Shown: in pieces, positions 10,591 through 18,895 of the stretch
Numbering within the stretch: the stretch's first letter is position 1
How the letters are laid out: every line of letters begins with the position of its first letter
NCBI GenBank assembly: GCA_025558095.1
Contig: JAIVFI010000027.1
Location: 434,001 to 498,000 of the forward strand
Source: Hyaloraphidium curvatum SAG 235-1
Lineage: Eukaryota > Fungi > Monoblepharomycota
Length of the DNA stretch: 64,000 nt
Direction of reading: 5' to 3'
Translations under genes and position numbers: made by a program
The notes under the pieces: model-generated
What the model saw: only the letters and a program-made list of their open reading frames with translations
Databases searched by the model: none
What the model was told of the DNA's origin: nothing

Positions 10591-11549
10591 TTAAGTCCTT
10601 AGAAGCCAAAGGAGATGATGCCTACGCGCAGCTCACCAAGGCCTTCGCGGCACTCCCTGGAATCGTCACCTCCATCGAGGATGCGATGGGTAGCCCGTCC
10701 CAGCCGACGCGGATCGTCCGCGCATGCCGGAACAGCGCACCCGCTGGTCCTGCCTCCCGGGAAGAGCTCCTGACAGAAATGCCGGAGTTTCCACCGACGG
10801 GTACTCCCGACTCGCAAGAACAAGAAGAAATCGACGCCGCCTTTGATGAACGAGCCGGATGGTCCGAACCGGGGCCGATTGACGGCCCCAATGGATTGGC
10901 GGAGGTGAACGCGGTGCCAGGCCCTTTGGAGGTAGAAATACTTTCGGAAGTCTATCCGCAACCGCCTCCCCGTCCAGACGGCGCGCCTCGTTCTCGTCCT
11001 CGTCCTGCCAATCGTCCACTTCAACCAGTGGAAGCTTGGACTTGGGCTTCGCACCGCCAACTTATTTATCAAGCGGCACGCATTTCTGCCATGGTTAACA
11101 ACATTCCAACCATGAATGCGATCGTCGATTCCGGCGCCTCAATCGTCGCCATCAAGACCGCCTTCTTTGTCCGCCTTAATCCATCACCACCAATCCGTCC
11201 GTGGACGCTTGGAACCATCAATACGGCAGCCTCTGGAGGAAGTATATCGGTCAAGGGAGTGGTGGAGCTCGACATTTTTGTCGGCAATCAGCACCTCCTC
11301 ACCGATGCTGTCCTTATGGATGGCATCGAGGATGAACTGATCCTCGGCACGCCTTGGCTGCACGCGCTGAAGGTACAGATGGCCTGGGATATTCCGGCCC
11401 TGTCCTTCAGAGATGATCCGTCCCAGCTGAAGGTCCCAATCCGCACTGTCTCCCGACCGCTATTCTCCTCACATCTGGTTTCTCCCCTGACGGTCACCAC
11501 CGGCTGCGCAATCCCGCCTGGAGAGGACCGCTGGTCACCGTCGCATTGA
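10548..11549 (+). CDS. pol: Pol N-terminal part: aspartic protease
   Basis: AIVDSGAS catalytic motif and LILGTPWL motif, in the -1 frame relative to gag. Confidence 0.9.
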   Translation, partial: LALPSTANGYRGAEFKSLEAKGDDAYAQLTKAFAALPGIVTSIEDAMGSPSQPTRIVRACRNSAPAGPASREELLTEMPEFPPTGTPDSQEQEEIDAAFDERAGWSEPGPIDGPNGLAEVNAVPGPLEVEILSEVYPQPPPRPDGAPRSRPRPANRPLQPVEAWTWASHRQLIYQAARISAMVNNIPTMNAIVDSGASIVAIKTAFFVRLNPSPPIRPWTLGTINTAASGGSISVKGVVELDIFVGNQHLLTDAVLMDGIEDELILGTPWLHALKVQMAWDIPALSFRDDPSQLKVPIRTVSRPLFSSHLVSPLTVTTGCAIPPGEDRWSPSH

Positions 11550-14500
11550 TGGAATCAACGCCACTGGCAACAGTGGTCGGGATGGCTTTGCCTGGCGTGA
11601 TTGAAACTCCGAATGGACCTCCTTACGACCAGCTCTTGATAGTCCCGTACTTCCCACCGGATGTGAGCAACAGCATGTTTGCTTTCATTCGAAACTACGG
11701 CACTACCGAGGTGGAGCTCTTCGAAGGTTTCCATGCCGGACGTTTCCGCGCCAGGATCCCGCACCAACTTGCGCCCCCGCCACCGCTGCCAGAGCTCAAA
11801 ACGCTCGAGGTCAGGGAATCGGCGCTGGCGCAGGAAGAACTGCCCCACGAGGAACCAACTGTAATCGTGGAGCCAACCGAGGAGGATGCGGCCGGGTTGT
11901 TCTCTGTCCCTCCTGCTTCCTCACTTGGACCGGCCAAACCGCCGAATGCAGTTGCGCCCCCGGTCGAAGCACTCGAGCTGAAACTGGACCAGACCATCCT
12001 CAATGAGGAGCAAAAAGTCCGGTTTCATGCCCTGTGCGATCGCTACCGTGATGTGTTTGCCCCGTGGATTGGGAAGCTCCGCAATCACCGCTTCAAAATC
12101 GACACTGGCGATACCAAGCCCATCCATCAAATTCCCTACCGGACGCCCTTTCGGCTTCGTGCCGAGATGGATGCCGTGATTGACGATCTGCTTGCTCAGG
12201 GCGTTGTTGTCCCCTCGCGCAGCCCTTACGCCGCCCCGGCCCTGATGGTCCCTAAAGGCCACGGATCTGGGGAATGGCGGCTCGTCATTGACTACCGCAA
12301 GCTGAATGCACACACCAAGCGGGACGTCTATCCGACGAAAAACCCGACCGACACCCTCGCGCTATTGCGCACGGCGAAGGTCTGGAGCATCTGCGACATC
12401 CGCTCGGGCTTTTGGCATGTGGAGGTCGCTGACGAGGATAAGGAGAAGACAGCGTTCACGACCCATCGGGGGCTATACCAATGGGAGCGCATGGCTATGG
12501 GATTTACCAATTTGCCGGCTACTTTTGCTCGAATGATGGATGAACTCCTCGCGGGCTTGCAGTGGTGGTGTCTTGTCGTCTTTATCGATGACATCATTAT
12601 CTTCTCGCAGTCCGTCGAAGAGCACTTCCTCCATCTCGAGCTTCTCTTTCAACGGCTTAAGGAGGCCGGCATGACTCTCAAGCTGGCCAAATGCAAGTTT
12701 TTCAGGAATGAAGTTAAGTATCTCGGGCACCTCGTCACGAGCAACGGCCTTCGGGTCGACCCCGAGAAAACTCGCGCAATTGATAATTTCCCGCGCCCTA
12801 CGTCGAAGAAGGAAGTCCAGTCCTTCCTCGGCCTTGCTAACTACTACAGGCCTTTTATCGCCGGGTACGCGAATATTGCGCACCCGCTCACCCGCTTGAC
12901 GCAAGACGGCGCCTCGGTCACCCGCGACTGGGACGATTCCTGCGAGACCGCCTTCAAAACTTTGAAGGGACGGCTTACGACCGCCCCCGTCCTCCGCAGG
13001 CCCGATATGACTAAACCGTTCGTGCTCATTACCGACGCGAGCGACGTGGGCCTCGGCGCCGTCCTGAGTCAGCGCGATGAAACCGGCCGCGACTACGCCG
13101 TGCGCTACGGCAGCCGTGCCCTCCTCCCGAACGAACGCAAATGGGATACGCGCGAGCGCGAAGCCCTGGCTGTCGTCTGGGCGTGCGAGCACTTCCGCCC
13201 GTATCTGATTGGCGCTGAGTTCGAGGTCGTAACCGATCAAAGCGCCCTCAAGTGGTTGCTGGAGACTTCCAAGCCCGGCAGGCTGCAGCGATGGATACTG
13301 CGACTGTCGGAGTTCAAGTTCAAGGTTATCCACCGTGCAGGTAAGGAGAATTCTAACGCTGATTTTCTTTCGCGTCAGATCCCTCCGATGGACCCGGCCG
13401 GCGAAGAGCCGCCTGAGGACCCGGAGGAGATTTTCGACATCCCACAGTTTCGTCCCCTCCCCTGCGACCCACCCTTGTCTTCTAAGGGGGGGAGGGGGCC
13501 CGGACCCTTGTCCGGGAGTGATCCCGGAGGGACCCCGATTTTCCTTAGGATCCCCGCCACCGGCACGTCCGGAAGAGCCACAAACGGATCCATCGGCGAC
13601 CAGGAAAGTTCCGGAGCCGCAAGTATCAAAGGAAACGAGGCCGAAGGGGCTGGAATGGAGATCGAGGCCGCGGAGGAGGCCCCGGTGAGTGATCCCGAAC
13701 GACCCCCTGCGTCCTCGAATCCCCAGATCCTCCTTCCCATTCCATCGATTAATGCATCGGCCGATCCGGACGACGTTCCGGAGCGTGACAAGGCCTACGT
13801 GCACCCGATGCTCTTTAACGCGCTGCCCGAAATCCCGGCCATTAGCGCGATCGACCTGGCTGACGTCATGACCCGAGAATCCCTGCGCAAAGTCCAGGAG
13901 GCTGACGTCGAGACCAGTGCATTAATCCGCTTCGTGCGAGATAATCAGCTCCCTGAGCGGAGCAAGAAACATCCAGAACACGCCCGCTTGAGGAAGTTCT
14001 GCGAGAAATATGGTAATCAGTATTTTCTGGCCAAGGATGGCGTGCTGTGCCGGCGCGATGAAATCACGACCGGAACCCGCCGCATCCCTGTGATCCAGCT
14101 CGTCATTCCGCATGAACTGCGGGAGGCGTACCTTTACCGTGCACACGGAGACCCGCTTAGCGGGCACGTGGGCCGACATAAGGCCTATAATAATCTCCGA
14201 CGGCGAGTCTACTGGGTAGGCATGGCCCACGACGTCCGCAAATGGACGCGCGGATGCCACACGTGCCAATCCAGAAAGCTCCCGTCCGTCGCAAATCAGG
14301 GTCTACTTAAATCCGTCCCCCTCACAGGTCCCAACGAGGACATCTATATCGATTATATTGGCGAGATTAAGCCGGCGACGCCCCGGGGCAACAAGTACCT
14401 CCTCGTGGTTTATGATCCGTTCACGAAATGGGTGGCGGCATATCCAACGAAGGATTGCACCGGGCCGACAACAGCCGAGCTCCTCTATTCTCGCTGGATT

Positions 14501-15577
14501 CTCGAGCATGGTGTGCCAAGACGAATTCACCACGACAACGCACGCAATCTCGACAGCAGCTATCTACAGCACCTACTCAAGCTTCTCAACATTAACCGCG
14601 GCCTCGTTACCGTCGGCCATCCTCAGTCGTCATTGGCGGAGCGCCCAAATCGGTGGATCATGGACGCCCTGAGCGCCGCTGTCGATCAGAGTCAGAGGAC
14701 CTGGGACAGGGACATCACGGGTGTCATCTTCGCCTTCCGGACCTCCATCCACGCTACCACTGGGGAAACTCCCTTCTTCCTCATGCACGGCCGCGACGCC
14801 CGGCTACCTCTCGATCTTCTGTACGATGAAACGGAGATCGAAGAGCCGATAAAACTGCGACCGAGAGATGAGGCAAAGAAGAAGTCGGAGGCCGAACGCC
14901 GCTACACCGACGTGGTGGAAATGCTCTCGCAGCTACGCACGGCGTACGACCTCGTGGCAAGGAAAATGGCGGAGGCGGCCGAGACTCGCAATGCGAGGGA
15001 AAACAGGGCTCGCCTCCCAGTCACCTTCCGCCCGGGCGACATCGTCATGGTCTGGAGTCCCGAGAGAGCCCAAAAGGGCGAATCAGGCAAGTTCGTTTCG
15101 CGGCACATTGGTCCTTACCGCGTCATCCAGCAGGGAAATACGGAGCTGACTTGGCAGCTCCAGCATCTCGATCAAGACACCCACAAAATCACCGTCCACG
15201 TCGATCGAATGCAGCGGTTCAAGCCCTGGGAGGCTGCGGCCTTCAACGCCCGCTCATGGAATGCCAGAGCACCTGAGCTCGCGCCCCAGGACGCCCTCGA
15301 TCTGACGAACCCCATGGATGAGCTCGAGGAGCAGATCGAAATCGAGAATGAGATCGCCCGAGAACGAGAGGACATAGTCGAGGCTATCCTTTCGCACGAG
15401 GGGCAGGGGGACAGGCTCAAGTTCGTCGTGAAATGGTTCGGGCATGCCCGCACGACGAAGGAACCCCTGGATGCGCTGGCGACCGCGATGGACAAGGTCC
15501 ACGGGTACGCCGCCCGCGTCGGTCTCAAACTGCCGTCGTCCGCTCCCGGCCGCCGGCGTAATTATCGTAAACGGTAA
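11531..15577 (+). CDS. pol: Pol: RT, RNase H, integrase and chromodomain; separated from the protease by a 1-nt frameshift at about 11530
   Basis: RT: LVIDYRKLN, DIRSGFWHV, FIDDIIIFS. RH: TDASDVGLGAVL, EREALAVVW. IN: HGDPLSGH...CHTC, IDYIG, HDNA, LAER, GPY. C-terminal IVEAILSH...KFVVKWFGH...KEP is chromodomain-like. Confidence 0.95.
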   Translation: MVTVALMESTPLATVVGMALPGVIETPNGPPYDQLLIVPYFPPDVSNSMFAFIRNYGTTEVELFEGFHAGRFRARIPHQLAPPPPLPELKTLEVRESALAQEELPHEEPTVIVEPTEEDAAGLFSVPPASSLGPAKPPNAVAPPVEALELKLDQTILNEEQKVRFHALCDRYRDVFAPWIGKLRNHRFKIDTGDTKPIHQIPYRTPFRLRAEMDAVIDDLLAQGVVVPSRSPYAAPALMVPKGHGSGEWRLVIDYRKLNAHTKRDVYPTKNPTDTLALLRTAKVWSICDIRSGFWHVEVADEDKEKTAFTTHRGLYQWERMAMGFTNLPATFARMMDELLAGLQWWCLVVFIDDIIIFSQSVEEHFLHLELLFQRLKEAGMTLKLAKCKFFRNEVKYLGHLVTSNGLRVDPEKTRAIDNFPRPTSKKEVQSFLGLANYYRPFIAGYANIAHPLTRLTQDGASVTRDWDDSCETAFKTLKGRLTTAPVLRRPDMTKPFVLITDASDVGLGAVLSQRDETGRDYAVRYGSRALLPNERKWDTREREALAVVWACEHFRPYLIGAEFEVVTDQSALKWLLETSKPGRLQRWILRLSEFKFKVIHRAGKENSNADFLSRQIPPMDPAGEEPPEDPEEIFDIPQFRPLPCDPPLSSKGGRGPGPLSGSDPGGTPIFLRIPATGTSGRATNGSIGDQESSGAASIKGNEAEGAGMEIEAAEEAPVSDPERPPASSNPQILLPIPSINASADPDDVPERDKAYVHPMLFNALPEIPAISAIDLADVMTRESLRKVQEADVETSALIRFVRDNQLPERSKKHPEHARLRKFCEKYGNQYFLAKDGVLCRRDEITTGTRRIPVIQLVIPHELREAYLYRAHGDPLSGHVGRHKAYNNLRRRVYWVGMAHDVRKWTRGCHTCQSRKLPSVANQGLLKSVPLTGPNEDIYIDYIGEIKPATPRGNKYLLVVYDPFTKWVAAYPTKDCTGPTTAELLYSRWILEHGVPRRIHHDNARNLDSSYLQHLLKLLNINRGLVTVGHPQSSLAERPNRWIMDALSAAVDQSQRTWDRDITGVIFAFRTSIHATTGETPFFLMHGRDARLPLDLLYDETEIEEPIKLRPRDEAKKKSEAERRYTDVVEMLSQLRTAYDLVARKMAEAAETRNARENRARLPVTFRPGDIVMVWSPERAQKGESGKFVSRHIGPYRVIQQGNTELTWQLQHLDQDTHKITVHVDRMQRFKPWEAAAFNARSWNARAPELAPQDALDLTNPMDELEEQIEIENEIAREREDIVEAILSHEGQGDRLKFVVKWFGHARTTKEPLDALATAMDKVHGYAARVGLKLPSSAPGRRRNYRKR

Positions 15578-15652
15578 GCACTTTCGATTTGACGTTAACT
15601 ATCCACAGACAGCACAACTTCGACTCAACAACAACGACTCGCTCAACAATAA

Positions 15653-16009
15653 CTATCCATAAACGATAACAACCGACCAGAGCGGATCAAAGATGAAAGA
15701 CGTGCTTTCAAACGGCACTTCCTCCGCGTGCTGGTGGCGCACGTGCTTGATAAAGTTGCTCTTCGTTGACGCAAACGTCTTCGAATGGATCACACCTTTC
15801 CCCCGGCATGACCCCAGCATGCACTGCACAGCACAATACTCGTCATCAGCCCGCTTGCCAACCGCGTAGGTCGCGATGGTCCCGTCGGACCAAAGGACCC
15901 ACCACCGCAGCTCTTTATCCCGGATCCTTTCGTCTTGCCGCCGCACCTTCCAGTGCAGCAGCGCGGCGGGGACATCCGGCTGCAAGGGCGGAAAGTTGCG
16001 TCGCAACAT
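15653..16009 (-). CDS. Antisense extra ORF of the retroelement (118 aa) with a BED-type zinc finger
   Basis: YCAVQCMLGSCRGKG...STKSNFIKHVRHQH fits the BED finger pattern Cx(2-4)C...SNFxxHxxxxH. ATG start, and a GT-rich tract after the stop on the minus strand. Confidence 0.65.
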   Translation of the reverse strand: MLRRNFPPLQPDVPAALLHWKVRRQDERIRDKELRWWVLWSDGTIATYAVGKRADDEYCAVQCMLGSCRGKGVIHSKTFASTKSNFIKHVRHQHAEEVPFESTSFIFDPLWSVVIVYG

Positions 16010-16307
16010 GGAGCATATTCATCAGTTCGCCGAGCGCACGGTTGCCGAGTACAACACGATTCGCGGCGACCTCGCTTCCATCCAGACCCGCTACGCTGGG
16101 CTCGACTTCCTCGCCTGGGTGGCGGAGCAGCAGGCCGAGCAGGCCGCCGCGGCTCCCGAGTACAACTTCCCGACTCCTCCCTACAACTCCCCACAGCCTA
16201 ACGACCTTTTCAACGAGCTTTTCCCCGACGTCCCCGACATCCCGTCGCCCGCCTACTCGCCCGGGCCCTACATCGGGTACGATGACGGGGAAGTGGCGAT
16301 GGACTGA
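16008..16307 (+). CDS. Sense extra ORF of the retroelement (99 aa), acidic/Pro/Tyr-rich C-terminus
   Basis: MEHIHQFAERT...PAYSPGPYIGYDDGEVAMD*. Strong GC3 bias; ends 24 nt before the PPT. Confidence 0.5.
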   Translation: MEHIHQFAERTVAEYNTIRGDLASIQTRYAGLDFLAWVAEQQAEQAAAAPEYNFPTPPYNSPQPNDLFNELFPDVPDIPSPAYSPGPYIGYDDGEVAMD

Positions 16308-16330
16308 ACGCGCCGGGGCGGCGCTTCTCT

Positions 16331-16341
16331 GGGTGGGGGAG
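16331..16341 (+). promoter_or_regulatory. Polypurine tract
   Basis: GGGTGGGGGAG immediately before the 3' LTR. Confidence 0.85.
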
Positions 16342-16805
16342 TGTGGAGGTCCGGGCCATCTTTCTTACATATTTTTCGTACTTTGTTGGGGAAATAGTCG
16401 TTTGTCGTAACCCGCAGAGGACCTGATCCCGATCTGATCCCGATCTGATCCCGGCGAGATCCCGGAAAGATCCCGGTCTGATCCCGATCTAATCCCGAGC
16501 GCGGGCATAAAAGGCCCATCGAATGTACTGCCAAAGTGCGTGTGTGCGCGACCACTACAGTTCGTCAGTGTTTTCATTCGTCCTCGCCGTGCGGAATTCC
16601 TCCCTCGCCGAGGTCCGAGTCCGTCAAGTCCGACCCTTCTGAGACGTCCCTCGGGAGACAAGTCTCCCTCAAGCGAATCTCTATCGAAGCTAAGTCAAAC
16701 CCCGGCTGCTACTAACTCTACATCGGGCCTTTCGAGACGTGTGAGATTGAACCGTTTGTGCGGCGGGTTAAAGCGCTAGGCCCGGCTTTTACCCGGTCCG
16801 TCACA
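16342..16805 (+). repeat. 3' LTR (464 bp)
   Basis: Direct repeat of 8341-8804, followed by the TSD ACTG. Confidence 0.98.
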
Positions 16806-17162
16806 ACTGCGCCGACCGCCGCATCGGGATCCAGCTCGTCCGCGGTCTCTCGACCGGCGAGCACAAGCGCATGAACGTCGCCATGGAGCTGCTTCCCGTC
16901 GCCTCTGTGCTCTCCCTCGACGAGCCCACGACAGGCCTCGACTCCAACACCGGCCGCGAGATCATCGCCAACGTCGTCGAGGTCAAGCGCCTGCGCAAGC
17001 TGGCCTCCGTCGCCACGATCCACCAGCCTTCATACACCATCCTCTCGCCGTTGACTACCTCCTGCTACTCGCCAAGGGCAAGCTCTGCTACTTTGGCCGC
17101 GTCACACGACGCCATGCTTTACTTCGATTTCCTCGGCATTCCGATCATTGGCAACGCAGCCG
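16806..17162 (+). pseudogene. ABCG transporter NBD fragment, 3' part, frameshifted
   Basis: GLSTGEHKR (degenerate signature), LSLDEPTTGLDS (Walker B/D-loop), TIHQPS, then DYLLLLAKGKLCYFG and AMLYF in shifted frames. No transmembrane domain follows. Confidence 0.85.
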
Positions 17163-17294
17163 CGTATTCTCCGCTTTGGCGTTCATTGGGCATCGCGTGG
17201 ATGTCGAACAAAGATGGTGGTATCTTCCCTCCCCGCCCCCCTCCCCCCCGCCCCGACTCTGTGCCAAGCCCCCCTCCCTTCCTTCCCGCCTTGT

Positions 17295-18434
17295 TCACCC
17301 CTGGTCGTCCTCCTCCTCCCTCTGGCGCTCCAGCGCCCTCTGCGCCGCGGCGGCCGCCGGCGACATCGAAAGGTCCGAACGCTCGCTCCGGACATCCATC
17401 TCCTCGTCATCGTCCTCCTCATCCATCTCCTCGTCATCGTCCTCCTCGCCCTCAGGAACCGGGTCCCGCTCGCCGGAGAAGATGGCCTCCAGCTCCGCCG
17501 GCGCGATCCGGGCCGCACGGCGAAGGGCGCGGGGAAGGAGCGACTGGTCCAGGGCCACCGGGGTCAAGTCCGGGAGGCCGGGGAAGATGGGGCGCGGCAG
17601 CGTCGCCAGGTTGTTGTGGCGGCAACGGAACGAATGCAACCCGTAGCCCCGGTAGCACGTGCACCTGCAGTCCGTGTTGCCGCCGCAGTGGCACTCGCCA
17701 GTGAGCGGGTCGCAGTCGCCCATGTACTTGTGCCGGGAGTCGCAATACGGGCAGTCACCTGGGATGCAGGAGTCGTTGGAGGTGTGGCGGCCGGCGATCT
17801 CGCACGGGCACTTCGGCCGCTGGCCCCGCCTGGCTCGGCCCGATATCCGACGAGGCCGCGAGAGCATGATGTTGACCTTGGCGTGGGGCGCGACCGCACC
17901 GATGTGCTCGCCCAGGGCTTCAGCCTTCTGCTCGGGGATGCGATCCGCCCCGATCCCGGGCTCAATGTCATGCGGCGCCTTGCCCATCTGATCCATCCAC
18001 TTGCCGAAGTCCTCAATGCGGTACTTGTCGGGGACAATGGCATCGAGATTGAACAACTCCTCGAAAATCCGCTGAGCGATGTCGCAGTGCTCCGAGTCCG
18101 TCTCCAGGCCGGCGGCAACGGAGGGAAAGAGCATCATCTGGTCCGACTCCGCAGCTTCCACCATCCAGAGGCCCACGAGTTGGCGAACGTGCATCATTTC
18201 TTCCGGGCACAGGTTGAGCAGCCGCCCATACAGCCTCGGGCCCCACAGCTGGCGCAGGGCATCGTCGGCATCTTGGAACTGGAGCAGGATCTTGAGCGGC
18301 AACATCAGGAACACGAGAGCGCTGTTCGACGGGCCCATTCGATGGTGCGCCCGGCGGAGGGTCTCGCGCCCGAGGCGCGTAAAGCGAGAACTGTCGAACG
18401 AGACCACCAGCGTGCTCTTGCCGATCGTCGCCAT
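17295..18434 (-). CDS. Orphan 379-aa protein with a weak serine-resolvase-like motif, a Cys/His-rich cluster and an acidic tail
   Basis: Intronless ORF. TLVVSFDSSRFTRLGRE; CPC...H...C...CPYC...H...C...CHC...CRCTC...H...C; a 27-bp tandem duplication encoding EEDDDEEMD. Confidence 0.55.
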   Translation of the reverse strand: MATIGKSTLVVSFDSSRFTRLGRETLRRAHHRMGPSNSALVFLMLPLKILLQFQDADDALRQLWGPRLYGRLLNLCPEEMMHVRQLVGLWMVEAAESDQMMLFPSVAAGLETDSEHCDIAQRIFEELFNLDAIVPDKYRIEDFGKWMDQMGKAPHDIEPGIGADRIPEQKAEALGEHIGAVAPHAKVNIMLSRPRRISGRARRGQRPKCPCEIAGRHTSNDSCIPGDCPYCDSRHKYMGDCDPLTGECHCGGNTDCRCTCYRGYGLHSFRCRHNNLATLPRPIFPGLPDLTPVALDQSLLPRALRRAARIAPAELEAIFSGERDPVPEGEEDDDEEMDEEDDDEEMDVRSERSDLSMSPAAAAAQRALERQREEEDDQG

Positions 18435-18895
18435 CTCGTCCCAGAATAACCCGTCCGCCTCCTCGTCGCCCGACAGATCGGGATGCCGCGAGCTGGAAGT
18501 CGCGCGTGCGGGATCATTTCATTCAGCGACTCGGGGACTAGGACCGCGCGGATTCTCCGGCGCGCAGTGCGCGACGCGTTGCAGAGCACGCCGCGGGACA
18601 CGTCGGGAGCCGGTGATTCATCTTCAGAACCATCTGACGCTCCGACGGTACCGCATTTCGCCGTGAGAGTGTCGGAGAGAAACCCCTCCCCCCTCAACTG
18701 GGCGACCGAGAACACGATCGTCGAGGGGTCTTGGACCCTGGAGGAATAATGGACGGGGAGGCAGGAGGAGGATCGATGGACTTTGGATCTCGTCGGAATT
18801 GCGTAACGGACCGCAATTGCTGTGGATACACGGTCACGGTCGTATGCATTCGAATCACACGCCCGTCAAACACGTCCAGGCGGCCGCCAGGTGCG

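Larger units (their letters stand above)
8341..16805 (+). mobile_element. Full-length Ty3/Gypsy LTR retrotransposon (8,465 bp) with chromodomain integrase and extra 3' ORFs
   Basis: Two 464-bp TG...CA LTRs, 4-bp TSD ACTG (8337-8340 and 16806-16809), PBS, PPT, and gag-PR-RT-RH-IN domain order. Confidence 0.98.

Noticed and set aside
11417-11549. Second programmed -1 frameshift between protease and RT (MMTV/HTLV-like double shift)
   Set aside because: No XXXYYYZ heptamer in the overlap. GAG GAC CG CTG GTC is best explained by a 1-nt deletion or assembly error. Reads and sister copies would settle it.
15840-16030. CTGATGA hammerhead ribozyme cores on the minus strand
   Set aside because: No stem II or GAAA in the required geometry.
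17222-17290. C-rich tract (G-quadruplex potential on the minus strand)
   Set aside because: Such tracts are expected in this GC-rich genome, and there is no supporting context.
6671-18869. TTGACGG / CCGTCAA as terminal inverted repeats of a large element
   Set aside because: Only 7 bp long, no TSD, and the right copy lies in the kinase 3' UTR.
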